A stretch of DNA of 64,000 nt from Candidatus Methanomethylophilaceae archaeon (lineage in GTDB: Archaea > Thermoplasmatota > Thermoplasmata > Methanomassiliicoccales > Methanomethylophilaceae). Position numbers and translations under genes: made by a program. The notes beneath the pieces were generated by a model that was not told where the DNA came from, did not search any database, and was given only the letters and a program-made list of their open reading frames with translations. Below, in pieces: positions 50,359-62,300 of this stretch. Position 1 is the stretch's first letter. Each line of letters begins with the position of its first letter. The stretch is from positions 192,001 through 256,000 of the forward strand of contig JBMNHS010000001.1 of the NCBI GenBank assembly GCA_050950505.1, written 5' to 3'.

Positions 50359-52267
50359 ATGTCAGATAAACTCGATATGCATACAAAGAATATCATTCAG
50401 GAAAATATTGAGAAAATTGGTGCGCTGTTCCCCCATTGCGTCACCGAAGCGACTGATGAACACGGAGAAATCAGACAGCTTATCGATTTCGAAAGTTTGA
50501 GACAGGAGTTATCAGAAGATCTTGTATCGAATATGAATGAAAGATATCGATTTATTTGGCCTGATAAATTAAAATTCCAAAATCTTGCGAATGAGCCCGT
50601 TAGTAAAACTCTGAGACCTTATAGGGATGAAAGTGTAAATTTCGATAACACTCGCAACCTGTACATAGAAGGAGATAACCTGGATGTGCTGAAACTTCTA
50701 AGGGAAACTTACCTGAATAAGGTGCATGTAGTGTACATAGATCCACCCTACAATACAGGCAACGACTTCGTGTACAAAGACAATTTTAAAATTAGCGGCC
50801 CAGAATTTGAAAACGTGAGCGGACTTCGTGATGAGGAGGACAATAAACTTTTCCGGAATACGGATTCCAACGGAAGATTCCATACTGACTGGCTCAATAT
50901 GATGTACCCTAGGCTTAAGTTGGCCAGAGACTTGCTTAATGATGAGGGTTTGATTTTGATATCGATTGATGAGAATGAATCACATAATTTAAAAAAAATT
51001 TGTGACGAACTCTTCGGAGAACGGAACTTTATAGGAGATGTGGTCCGAAAAACTAAGAGTATGACGGGAGACAGTGGTGTCGGATTTAACCTACAGCACG
51101 AGTATTTGCAGATTTATGCCAAAGATATAAACCGCGTAGCGCTACGTGGTGAAGAAAAGGATTTCAAAAATTATTCGAATCCCGACGATGATGTCAATGG
51201 AGATTGGTGCCCCGGCGACCCCAGTGCAAAAAGTGGTGGCAATTCGACTTATTTTCCTATTGCTAACCCTCATACTGGTAAGATTGACTATCCTCCGAAG
51301 GGGCGGTATTGGGCATTTTCTAAAACTACGCTTGAAAGATATGTCGATACAGGTAGAATAAAATTCAAAGAAGCACACTCCGACAGGGAAAGAGGATTCG
51401 TATTTAAGAGATACAAGAAGGATATTGTCGAATCGTTCAATCCCGTTAACAGTCTCTTTGCAATTGAAAATGAATTTATGAACAGCGGAGCTACTGCCGA
51501 ATTGAGTAGATTGTTTGACGGAGCCTTGTTCGACTATCCGAAACCAGTTGGATACATAAAGGCCCTACTCGAGTATACGACAGATAAGGATTCAATCATT
51601 CTTGATTTCTTCTCCGGTTCTGCAACAACTGCTCATGCCGTCATAGAGCTGAACACTGAAGACGGGGGCGATAGGAAATACATTATGATCCAATTGCCTG
51701 AAGAAACCGATAAAAAATCGGATGCGTACAAAGCGGGATTTCATAATATTTGTGAATTGGGCAAAGAGCGAATTCGTCGTGTCGGAGAGCAGTTGGGGGG
51801 GGGGGGGGGGGGGCTGTAAGCAACAAAAATTGGTTGGCGAGTGCCTTTTCAAAGATACAGATGTTGGTTTTAGAGTCTTGAAAGTCGATAGTTCCAACAT
51901 GAAGGATGTGTACTATACGCCAGACAAAACTTTCAAACACGGCCTGGACAAACTTTTGGATAATGTCAAAGAAGATCGAACTCCCGAAGATCTACTGTTC
52001 CAGGTAATGTTGGAACTTGGCGTCGAATTGTCTTCAACGATACAGGAATATACCATTGACGGAAAGAGAGTCTTCAGCGTCGACGAGGGTTACCTTATTG
52101 CATGTTTTGATATGGACGTTTCAGAAAATGTAGTTATAGAAATTGCAAAAAGTAATCCACATTATGCAGTGATGAGGGATAATTCCATGTCTAACGATAG
52201 TGTAACCATAAACTTTGAACAGATTTTCAAAACATACAGTTCTAAGACTATCAGAAGAATTCTATGA
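50359..52267 (+). CDS. mod: Type III R-M Mod, copy 2; frameshifted at a G19 tract (G18 restores a 635-aa ORF)
   Basis: VYIDPPYNTG, DFFSGSATT in ORF 50359-51819; conserved C-terminus GFRVLKVDSSNMKD..TIRRIL in the next frame. Confidence 0.9.
51795..51813 (+). repeat. G19 homopolymer in the 3' part of mod2 (out of frame)
   Basis: CAGTT-G19-CTGTAAG. Confidence 0.92.
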
Positions 52268-52354
52268 TTAACAACAAAGTCCTGATTACAAACTCTCTAG
52301 TGTATATAATAAAAAAACGGGATAGTTTAATACTGTCTATAGAGTTGATTCCTT

Positions 52355-54219
52355 ATGTCCGATAAGCTCTATATGCGTACAAAGAACATCACTCAGGAAA
52401 ATATTGAGAATATAGGTGCACTATTCCCTCATTGTATTACAGAAATAACCGCCGGGGGGGGGGGGTTAGGCACGTTATTGATTTTGAATGTTTGAAGCAG
52501 GAATTGTCGGAAGACATCGTATCGGATGTTAGGGAGAGGTATCAATTTACGTGGCCAGATAAAATCAAATCAAAAATTCTGGCAAATAGTCCCATTTCTA
52601 AAACTTTGAGACCGTGTCGAGAAGAGAGCGTGAATTTTGATGACACTAAAAATCTCTACATCGAAGGCGACAATTTGGATGCGTTAAAACTTCTTAGAGA
52701 AACTTACCTCAGTAAGATAAAGATGATTTATATAGATCCTCCATACAACACAGGAAATGATTTCGTGTATAGTGACAGGTTTACAAGTACTATAGATGAA
52801 TACAAGAAAAGAGGAAACGAATACGACGATATTGGAAACAAACTTTTCAAAAACACCGACACGAACGGCAGATTTCATACAGATTGGTTGAATATGATGT
52901 ATCCCCGGCTCAGATTGGCAAGAGACCTCTTATCTGACGACGGAGTTTTATTCGTATCAATAGACGATAATGAGGCTCATAATTTAAGAAAAATTTGCGA
53001 CGAGGTATTTGGAGAGGGAAATTTCATTGCACAAATTTGCCATAAATCTAGAGCCTCGATATCGAATGATAAAATTATATCTCAGAATCATAACATAATA
53101 ATGTTTTATGCAAAGAGTCATGAACACATCCATACGAATAGAAGATATATCGGGCTTGATCCCAACTTAGACGGGTTCGATATGGATGACAATGATGGAC
53201 AGGGACCCTATCGTCTTGTACCTGTAGATGGGCCTGGTGGGGCAACTAAAGGCAACCCTTACTATGAATTCCTGGGAATAGAAAATTTTTGGCGATTTTC
53301 AAAATCCACAATGCAGGAAAAGTATGACGAAGGGCATATAGTGAAAAGAGGAAACGGCCTATCTCAAAAATACTATCTTTCAGTCGCTAAAGAAAGGAGG
53401 CGGACTGATAATACCTGGTGGGATGATGGGGGTTTAACATCTACAGCGACTTCGAGACTGAGGAAACTTATGGGAAATAAGAGTTTTGACACTCCTAAGC
53501 CCGTAGAATTGATTAAACGAATGTTAAAGCTTGTTACATTTTTTGATAAAGATTCTACAATACTTGATTTTTTTTCCGGTTCTGCAACAACGGCCCATGC
53601 TGTTATGGAGCTGAACTCGGAAGACGGCGGTAACAGAAAATATATCATGATTCAGTTACCGGAAAAGACTGATGAAGAGTCTGATGCTTATTTGTCGGGC
53701 TATAAGAATATCTGCGAAATCGGTAAGGAGCGTATACGTCGTGCAGGGAAACTCATACTGGAAGAGAGTGAGCAACATAGATTAACCGCCAATGGTTTTT
53801 CAAAGGATTTAGATGTCGGGTTCCGAGTTTTGAAAATCGACAGTTCCAACATGAAGGACATATACTACATGCCGGACGAAACTTTCAAACACGGCCTAGA
53901 CGAACTTTTGGATAATGTCAAAGAAGATCGGACCTCCGAAGATTTACTCTTTCAAGTAATGCTGGAACTTGGTGTGGAACTGTCTTCGACCATTGAGGAA
54001 TACGTCATAGACGAAAAGAAGGTGTTTGGTGTCGACGAGGGGTATCTTATTGCATGTTTTGATGATAACGTTTCAGAAAACGTGGTTACGGAAATTGCAA
54101 AAAGAAGACCGTATTATGCGGTGATGAGGGATAATTCAATGTCTGATGACGGCGTGGCAGTCAATTTTGAGCAGATTTTCAATACATACAGTCCCGAAAC
54201 CATCAGGAGAATTCTGTAA
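52355..54219 (+). CDS. mod: Type III R-M Mod, copy 3; frameshifted at a G12 tract (G10 or G13 restores the frame)
   Basis: ATG 52355 gives MSDKLYMRTKNITQENIE as in the paralogs, then stops shortly after the tract; the body (IYIDPPYNTG, DFFSGSATT) is in the other frame. Confidence 0.9.
52454..52465 (+). repeat. G12 homopolymer in the 5' end of mod3 (out of frame)
   Basis: ACCGCC-G12-TTAGGCAC. Confidence 0.92.
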
Positions 54220-54303
54220 TCGATGACTCAAGTAGTGCTGACTCCCTCTGAAGTATATAAAAAAAATAGGATACTTTAATACAATCTATAGAGTTGATTC
54301 CTT

Positions 54304-56262
54304 ATGTCCGATAAACTCGATATGTATACGAAAAATATCACCCAAGAAAATATTGAGAAGATTGGTGCATTATTTCCCCATTGCGTTACAGAAACAATTG
54401 ATGAGCAGGGGAGGGGCAGGCAGCTTATTGATTTTGAATGTTTGAAGCAGGAATTATCAGAATATATCGTATCGGACGTTAAGGAAAGATATCAGTTCAC
54501 ATGGCCGGATAAGACCGAATCTAAGCTTCAGTCTAACAGACCTATAAATAAAACTTTGAGGCCTTATCGAGAAGAAAGCATAGAGTTTAGCAAGACTGGG
54601 AATTTATACATAGAAGGGGACAACCTAGATGTGTTGAAACTTCTTAGAGAGGCTTACCTGGGTAAAGTGAAAATGATATATATCGACCCCCCGTACAACA
54701 CAGGCGATGATTTTCTTTACAAAGACAATTTTAAAATGAGTGTTTCTGAATATCAATCAGTAGAAAATTTGTACGATTCGGAAGGAAATATGTTATTTCG
54801 AAATGCTGATTCGAATGGACGATTTCATACAGATTGGTTAAACATGATGTACCCTCGATTGCGCATTTCGAGAGATCTGTTATCTGAAGATGGAGTTATA
54901 CTCGTAAGTATAGATGACCGTGAAGTTAGTAATGTTAGAAAAATAATGGACGAGATATTTGGAAAGCAGAACTTCATAGCTCAATTTATTTGGAAGAAGA
55001 AAGCGGGGGGCGGATCCGACTCTCGATATGTTGCAGTAGATCATGAGTATGTTTTGGTGTATGCGAAAGATGAGTCCGTACAGGATAAATGGACTATGCC
55101 CATGACTGAAGTTCAGAAATCCAGCTATAGACTTAAAGACTCCAATTATGACATATACGGTCCATATAAACTTAAGAATCTGCATCAGACCGGTATTGAT
55201 AGTAATAGGCCTAATCTGAATTACCCTATCACATGTCCAGACGGGTCTGAATTGTGGCCTCCCACAATATGGAGATGGTCCAAAGAAACTTTTGATAAAG
55301 CTCTTTCCAATGATGAGGTAGAATTTGTTCAAAATAGGAAAGGGGATTGGTCTGTGCATAGTAAGATGTACTTAAATAAAGATGGGGGTGAGTACGAAGT
55401 TAAACCACGAAGTATACTCATTGATGCAGGATACACGCGCGATGGAAAAAAGGACTTGATAGATATATTTGGGATTTCGATCTTTGATTATCCTAAGCCT
55501 GTTAAATTGATAAAATTATTTTTAGACATAATTTCGCGCAAAGATGGAGATATCGTATTAGACTTTTTTGGAGGTTCGTCCACGACTGCTCATGCGGTTA
55601 TGGAGTCTAATTACGAAAACGCCATTAATCGTAAATTTATAATGGTTCAATTGCCTGAAAATCTCGACTATATGAGTGATGTTGTCAGGGGTCATTCTAA
55701 AAAAACCATATCGGATGCCGTTAAGCTCTTAGATTCCATAGGAAAACCTCGAATCTTGACTGAAATTGGAAAGGAGCGTATCCGTCGTGTAGGCGATAAG
55801 CTATCACGTGAAGGGTATCAATGTAATCTTATTGATGATGTTAGAAAGGGCTACGATATAGGTTTTAGAGTCCTGAAGATAGACAGTTCCAACATGAAGG
55901 ACATATACTACACGCCGGACAAAACCTTCAAACACGGCCTGGACGAACTTTTGGATAATGTCAAAGAAGACCGAACTCCCGAAGATCTATTGTTCCAGGT
56001 AATGTTGGAACTTGGTGTTGATTTGTCTTCAAAAATTGAAGAACATTCCGTAGATGAAAAGAAAATCTTTAGCGTCGACGAGAATTATCTTATTGCATGT
56101 TTTGATGTAGGTGTATCGGAAAATGTTGTTACGGAAATCGCAAAGAAGAAGCCTCATTACGCCGTAATGAGAGACTATTCCATGTCCAACGATAACGTTG
56201 CAGTCAACTTTGAACAAATTTTCAAAACATACAGCCCCGAAACCATTAGAAAGGTGATTTGA
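54304..56262 (+). CDS. mod: Type III R-M Mod, copy 4, intact and coupled to res
   Basis: IYIDPPYNTG, DFFGGSSTT; the tract position holds an interrupted GGGGAGGGG; stop overlaps the res start. Confidence 0.93.
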   Translation: MSDKLDMYTKNITQENIEKIGALFPHCVTETIDEQGRGRQLIDFECLKQELSEYIVSDVKERYQFTWPDKTESKLQSNRPINKTLRPYREESIEFSKTGNLYIEGDNLDVLKLLREAYLGKVKMIYIDPPYNTGDDFLYKDNFKMSVSEYQSVENLYDSEGNMLFRNADSNGRFHTDWLNMMYPRLRISRDLLSEDGVILVSIDDREVSNVRKIMDEIFGKQNFIAQFIWKKKAGGGSDSRYVAVDHEYVLVYAKDESVQDKWTMPMTEVQKSSYRLKDSNYDIYGPYKLKNLHQTGIDSNRPNLNYPITCPDGSELWPPTIWRWSKETFDKALSNDEVEFVQNRKGDWSVHSKMYLNKDGGEYEVKPRSILIDAGYTRDGKKDLIDIFGISIFDYPKPVKLIKLFLDIISRKDGDIVLDFFGGSSTTAHAVMESNYENAINRKFIMVQLPENLDYMSDVVRGHSKKTISDAVKLLDSIGKPRILTEIGKERIRRVGDKLSREGYQCNLIDDVRKGYDIGFRVLKIDSSNMKDIYYTPDKTFKHGLDELLDNVKEDRTPEDLLFQVMLELGVDLSSKIEEHSVDEKKIFSVDENYLIACFDVGVSENVVTEIAKKKPHYAVMRDYSMSNDNVAVNFEQIFKTYSPETIRKVI

Positions 56263-59200
56263 TGGAATTCAAATTTAAAATACAGAAATTCCAAACCGAT
56301 GCCGTCAACAGTATTGTTGAAGTATTCGATGGGCAGGAATCAGAAGGAGGGCTTGTGTATAGACATGACAAAGGTACCAAAACCCAATACAGATTCGATA
56401 CTGAATCCGGTGCCTTCGATTCCGAGGGTATTGCATACGGTAACAAACCTGTGTCTTTGAGTGACGAAGAACTTCTGAAAAACATAATATCGATTCAGAA
56501 TAAAAACGGAATAGTTCCATCAAAAATATTAGATAAAACTCTCGGGAGATGCTCACTGGATGTTGATATGGAAACAGGAACGGGAAAAACATACGTTTAC
56601 ACCAAAGCCATGTTCGAACTGAACAAAAAGTACGGATGGAGCAAATTCATCATTGTTGTTCCCAGCATAGCGATAAGAGAAGGCGTAAAAAAATCATTAG
56701 AAATCACTCAAAACCACTTTATGGAACATTACGGTAAAAAAATCCGTCATTATGTTTATGATTCATCGAGACTCCACGACATAGACGATTTTTCTCAGAG
56801 GTCAGACGTATGCGCCTTAATAATCAATTCTCAGGCATTCGCGACTTCTCTGAAAAAAGACGGAAAAAGCAAAGCCAGCAGAATCATCTATTCCGAAAGA
56901 GATGATTTCGCATCTCGCCGTCCGATTGACGTGATAGCCGCAAACAATCCCATTCTTATCTTGGACGAACCTCAAAAACTCAGCGGAAAGGCCACCCAAG
57001 AGGCCCTGAAAGAAGAATTTAACGCCCTGTTTTCAATTAACTTCTCGGCAACGCACAGAGTTGTTCATAACAAAATATACGGCTTGGACGCTTTGGACGC
57101 TTTTAACAAGAAATTAGTTAAAAAAATCGAGGTCAAAGGTATTGAAGTCAGCGGAGTCACGGGTGCTGACAAATACGTTTACCTCGAAGATATAATACTC
57201 GACCCGAAGAAACCTCCGAGGGCAAAGGTCGAAATCGAATTTAAACGTAAAACCTCGGAACCCGGAAGGAAAACCATTCTTTTGGACGAGGGGGACAGCC
57301 TCTATATTCACTCAAATGAACTCGAGGCTTACAAAGGTTTGACTTTGATTGAAATTGATGCTATCAATGGAGAAATCAGACTGAGCGACGGTACCGAAAT
57401 CATCAAAGGGGAAGTCATAGGAGACATAACCGAAGATAACCTCCGGCGCATACAGATCCGCGAAGCCGTTTCATCACACTTTGAAAAAGAAAGAACCCTG
57501 TTCCCTCAGGGAATAAAATGTCTGAGTCTGTTCTTTATAGACTCCGTGGCAAAATACCGTCAATACGATGAAGACGGCGAAGAACTCCTCGGAGAATATG
57601 GCATAGTGTTCGAAGAGGAGTATAACAGATACTTAAGGGAAAATTCAGACAGATTTGACGAGAGTTATGCCAAGTATATTACTGGTATACCGGTGGAACA
57701 GACTCATAACGGATACTTCAGCATAGATAAACAGAAACGCGCAATAGACAGTACGGAAAAAAGAGAAGGCGGCTCCGATGATGTGGACGCTTACGATTTA
57801 ATAATGAAAAATAAAGAACGTCTTTTAAGTTTCAATGAAAAAACCCGATTTATCTTCTCGCATTCTGCGCTTAGGGAGGGCTGGGACAATCCCAATATAT
57901 TCCAGATTTGCGCCCTGAAGCATACGGACAGCACCACTTACCTCCGCCAGGAGGTTGGAAGAGGTTTGCGGTTATGCGTTGATCAGGAAGGGACCAGAAT
58001 GGATCTCGAAACCTGCGGAGATAATATCCACGAATTGAACACACTTACCGTTGTGGCAAGCGAAGGGTACGATACCTTCGTACAGGCGCTTCAGAAGGAT
58101 ACTTTGAACTATATTTCTGATAAACCCGTAAAGGTAACTCCGAAATATTTCATAGACAGAAAATTTTTCACGGAAGACGGGGAAGTCATCATAGACGAAG
58201 AAACTTCGACCGAGATATACTTCTACCTAGTTGAGAACAGATTCGTGGATTCCAAAGGATCCATCACAGAAACCTGCAAAGGGGTATTGACGGAAGAAGG
58301 CATTCTTCCGGACCTCCCTGAGAAATTTGCACATATTCAGACAGAACTTACGAACCTTGTGCTTGCGGCATCCGAGAACCGTGATCCCGCATCACTGTAT
58401 TCCGACGGTCGCAGACCCAAGGTCAGGAATGACAGACTCAATGATAATTTCTACAGGAAAGAATTCCAAACATTATGGAATAATATCAACAATAAGTACG
58501 TTTATTCCGTATCATTCGACAGTGACGAACTGATTGAAAAATCCGTGGCTTCGATAAACAAACATCTCAACGTTCCAAGGTCCAGCTACACGGTAAAGAA
58601 GGGCTCACAGGCGGACCAGATGACAAAAGACGATGTTTCCAAAGGAACATCATTCACCGACAGAAGCACCCGCACCGACACACTTGACAGCATCGGATCA
58701 GAGGTACCCCGGGACCTGGTCGGAGAAATCGCCAAAGGAAGTACACTTACAAGACGCACCGTGGTTAAAATTCTGAAAAACATGACGGATGAAAAATTTA
58801 ACCTGTACAAACTGAATCCCGAAATGTTTATCCAAAAAATGATAGAACTTATCAACGAACAAAAGGCCACAATCATAGTCAGTCATATCTCATACAGCAA
58901 GACGGATGGTCAATTCGACAACGATATCTTCACGGTAAGCAAACCCGAGACTGATTTTGAAAAAGCTTTCCATGCGGAGAAACACATCTTGGATTATGTA
59001 TTCACGGACGGAATCGCGGAAAAAAGCGTTGAACGGAAATTCGTTGAGAATCTGGATATTGACGAAGACGTGTGCGTTTACGCAAAATTACCGACCGCAT
59101 TCTACATACCCACACCCGTAGGGAACTATACCCCGGACTGGGCCATCGCTTTTAACGAAGGTACCGTAAAACACATCTATTTCATAGCCGAAACAAAGGG

Positions 59201-59345
59201 CTCAATGAGTTCCATGCAGCTTCGCGCAATAGAAAAAGCCAAAACCGAATGCGCCGAAAAACTGTTTGACAACATCTCCACAATCGATGTGAAATATTCG
59301 GTTGTCAGCGATTACGAAGAATTGCTCAAAATCGTAAAGGGATGA
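56259..59345 (+). CDS. res: Type III restriction endonuclease Res
   Basis: METGTGKT, LDEPQ, FSATH, ALREGWDNPN, QEVGRGLRL, C-terminal YTPDWAIAF..AETKG nuclease motif. Confidence 0.94.
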   Translation: MMEFKFKIQKFQTDAVNSIVEVFDGQESEGGLVYRHDKGTKTQYRFDTESGAFDSEGIAYGNKPVSLSDEELLKNIISIQNKNGIVPSKILDKTLGRCSLDVDMETGTGKTYVYTKAMFELNKKYGWSKFIIVVPSIAIREGVKKSLEITQNHFMEHYGKKIRHYVYDSSRLHDIDDFSQRSDVCALIINSQAFATSLKKDGKSKASRIIYSERDDFASRRPIDVIAANNPILILDEPQKLSGKATQEALKEEFNALFSINFSATHRVVHNKIYGLDALDAFNKKLVKKIEVKGIEVSGVTGADKYVYLEDIILDPKKPPRAKVEIEFKRKTSEPGRKTILLDEGDSLYIHSNELEAYKGLTLIEIDAINGEIRLSDGTEIIKGEVIGDITEDNLRRIQIREAVSSHFEKERTLFPQGIKCLSLFFIDSVAKYRQYDEDGEELLGEYGIVFEEEYNRYLRENSDRFDESYAKYITGIPVEQTHNGYFSIDKQKRAIDSTEKREGGSDDVDAYDLIMKNKERLLSFNEKTRFIFSHSALREGWDNPNIFQICALKHTDSTTYLRQEVGRGLRLCVDQEGTRMDLETCGDNIHELNTLTVVASEGYDTFVQALQKDTLNYISDKPVKVTPKYFIDRKFFTEDGEVIIDEETSTEIYFYLVENRFVDSKGSITETCKGVLTEEGILPDLPEKFAHIQTELTNLVLAASENRDPASLYSDGRRPKVRNDRLNDNFYRKEFQTLWNNINNKYVYSVSFDSDELIEKSVASINKHLNVPRSSYTVKKGSQADQMTKDDVSKGTSFTDRSTRTDTLDSIGSEVPRDLVGEIAKGSTLTRRTVVKILKNMTDEKFNLYKLNPEMFIQKMIELINEQKATIIVSHISYSKTDGQFDNDIFTVSKPETDFEKAFHAEKHILDYVFTDGIAEKSVERKFVENLDIDEDVCVYAKLPTAFYIPTPVGNYTPDWAIAFNEGTVKHIYFIAETKGSMSSMQLRAIEKAKTECAEKLFDNISTIDVKYSVVSDYEELLKIVKG

Positions 59346-59357
59346 GACGGTGAAAGG

Positions 59358-62300
59358 ATGGAGATCCTGAACAACATCGACAGGAAACTGGGGGACGACC
59401 TCAAAGAAACGATTGTCGAAGGAAGCGATGTTAGCATAGCGTGCGAACGATTCTCCATCTATGCATACCAGGCATTGATGGGTCAGCTCAATAAAATACA
59501 CTCGATCAGATTTATTTTTACTTCGCCCACTTTCATAAAAGAAGAAAACGTCAAAGAGAAAAGAGAATTCTATATTCCGAGACTTTCCAGGGAAAGAGGA
59601 ATTTACGGAACGGAATTTGAAGTTAAGCTAAGAAACGAACTGACCCAAAAAGCGTTGGCAAAACGATGCGGGGATTGGATTCGTCACAAGGCCGAATTCC
59701 AATCGAACATAACGGAAAGGTCTATGAACAATTTCCTGAACATCGATTACGGCGATTCTGGCTACTCCTATTCCGGCATCAGAGGATTTACTACTACGGA
59801 TCTGGGTTATGAAAAAGGAGATGCCCTGACCAATCTTGTAAATAAAAATACCTTCAATGAAAGCAGAATGTATCTGGATCATTTCAACTACTTGTGGAAT
59901 GACAAAGAAAACATGCAAAATGTGAAGGACGAGGTTCTGAAACGTATTTCCACGGCATACGCCGAAAATTCTCCCGAAGCCCTTTATCACGTAACTTTGT
60001 ACAATATATTCAAAAAATATCTCGATGAATTATCCTCGGACAATCTTCCGAAAGAAGAAGTCGGATTGAAAGATTCGGTCATCTGGAACAAACTGTACAC
60101 CTTCCAGAAAGATGCCGTCATGGCCGTAATCAATAAACTGGAAACGTACAACGGATGCATCCTCGCCGACAGTGTGGGTCTCGGTAAAACCTTCACCGCA
60201 TTGGGCGTAATCAAATATTACGAAAACAGAAACGACCGTGTTCTGGTCCTTTGTCCCAAAAAACTATCCGAAAACTGGAAAGTGTTCCGGGAAAACTACA
60301 GGAATAACCCAGTTGCCGAAGACCGATTCGGTTACGACGTATTGCATCATACCGACTTATTGAGGGAAAGAGGAGAATCCAACGGTATTAATCTGGCACG
60401 TATAAATTGGAGCGGATATCAACTCGTGGTTATAGACGAATCCCATTATTTCAGAAACGGAGAAACCAGTGCCATAGAAGGAACGGATAACAGATACCAA
60501 CGGCTTCTTAAGGAAGTAATCCGCAAAGGAACCAAAACCAAAGTGCTGATGCTATCGGCCACTCCGGTAAACAACCAGTTTACGGATCTCTACAATCAGC
60601 TTAGAATCGCGTACGAGGGCAACGCCGAAAAAATGGACAGAAATCTAGAAGTCAGTACGTCAATAAAAAGGATATTCTCGGATGCGCAAGGAGCCTTCAA
60701 CCGATGGAAAGAATATGACCCGGAACACCGTACCACGGACAATCTGTTGAAATTATTGGATGATGATTTCATAAACGTTTTGGACAGTTTGACAATTGCC
60801 CGCTCCCGTCGCCACATAGAGCAATATTACGGTACAAAGGACATCGGAGAATTTCCGAAACGGTTGCCGCCCAAATCACTGAGTCCCGGCATATCCGAAA
60901 CGCCCGGCACCATATCATTTTCCGAAATATACAATACACTCGAAAAATTGAACCTTCAGGTATATATGCCGACGAATTTCGTCCTTTCAAGTAAATTAAG
61001 CAAATATGTCAGTTCTGAAACCAATATAAGCCGTGCAGGAAGAGAAAAAGGAATTCGGAGTTTGATTTCGATCAACCTCTTGAAGAGATTGGAAAGCTCG
61101 ATTTATTCTTTTGAAAAGACTTTGAAAAAAGTAAGAAATTACATTATCAATACCATAGATGCTATCGAGGACCACATTAAAGGAAAAAAGACTGGCACAT
61201 TAGAATACGAAATAGACGAAGATTTGATGGATGACGAAGACAGCTTCAACGCGTTCGAACAGAACGTAGGCATAAAATTGGAAGACATGGATTATCTTTC
61301 GTGGCGTATGTACCTGGAAGAGGACCTGAATCTTTTAGACGGATTGTTGGAAGAAACCTGCAAAATTACTCCGGATGTCGATTACAAACTGAGTGTGCTG
61401 AAGGATGAAATACGCAACAAAGTTAAAAATCCCATAAACCCCGGAAACAGAAAAATCCTCATCTTCTCCGCTTTTGCGGATACTGCGACATATCTTTATG
61501 ACAATCTTGCGGATGATTTGAAGAAACACGGTTTGAACGTTGCAATGATTACAGGTTCCGCAGACGGAAGAAACACAATCAAAGGCCTGAGAAATGATTT
61601 CAATGACATCCTGACCTGTTTCTCCCCCGTGTCGAAAGATATGAATGTGTTGATGCCGGAAATGAAAGAAGAAATTGATATTCTGATAGGCACCGATTGT
61701 ATCTCGGAAGGTCAAAACCTTCAAGACTGCGACTATTGCATCAATTATGACATACACTGGAATCCCGTGAGAATTATTCAGAGATTCGGAAGAATAGACC
61801 GTATCGGGAGTAAGAACGACTGTGTCCAACTTGTGAACTTCTGGCCTGACATTGAGCTTGACGAGTACATCAATCTGAAAGAAAGAGTCGAAACCAAAAT
61901 GAAAATGACCGTGATGACTTCGACCGGGGACGATAACGTTTTAGATCCCAAGGACGAGGGGGATTTGGATTACAGAAAACAGCAATTGAAGAGGCTTCAC
62001 AACGAAATAGTGGAAGTCGAAGAAATGCAATCCGGTATATCCATCACGGATCTGGGTATTCATGAATTCAGAATCGAATTACAAAGGTACGTGGAAGAAA
62101 AAGGAGACTTGGATCTTATACCGTACGGACTTCACGCAGTCGTTCCGTCCGAGAACAGTATGCCCCCTGGAACGATATTCGTTTTGAAAAACATAAACAA
62201 GAATGTTGATATTGAGGGTAAAAATCGTCTGCATCCGTATTATCTCGTTTACATACTGGATGACGGAGATGTTTTTATTGACCATCTGTCCCCCAGAAAA

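Noticed and set aside
52432-52453. TTG start of the 595-aa ORF as the real mod3 start
   Set aside because: The paralog-matching N-terminus begins at ATG 52355 in another frame, so the ORF-track start is a by-product of the G12 frameshift
48414-56262. Invertase-driven shufflon
   Set aside because: All mod copies are in direct orientation, and I saw no inverted repeats or site-specific recombinase
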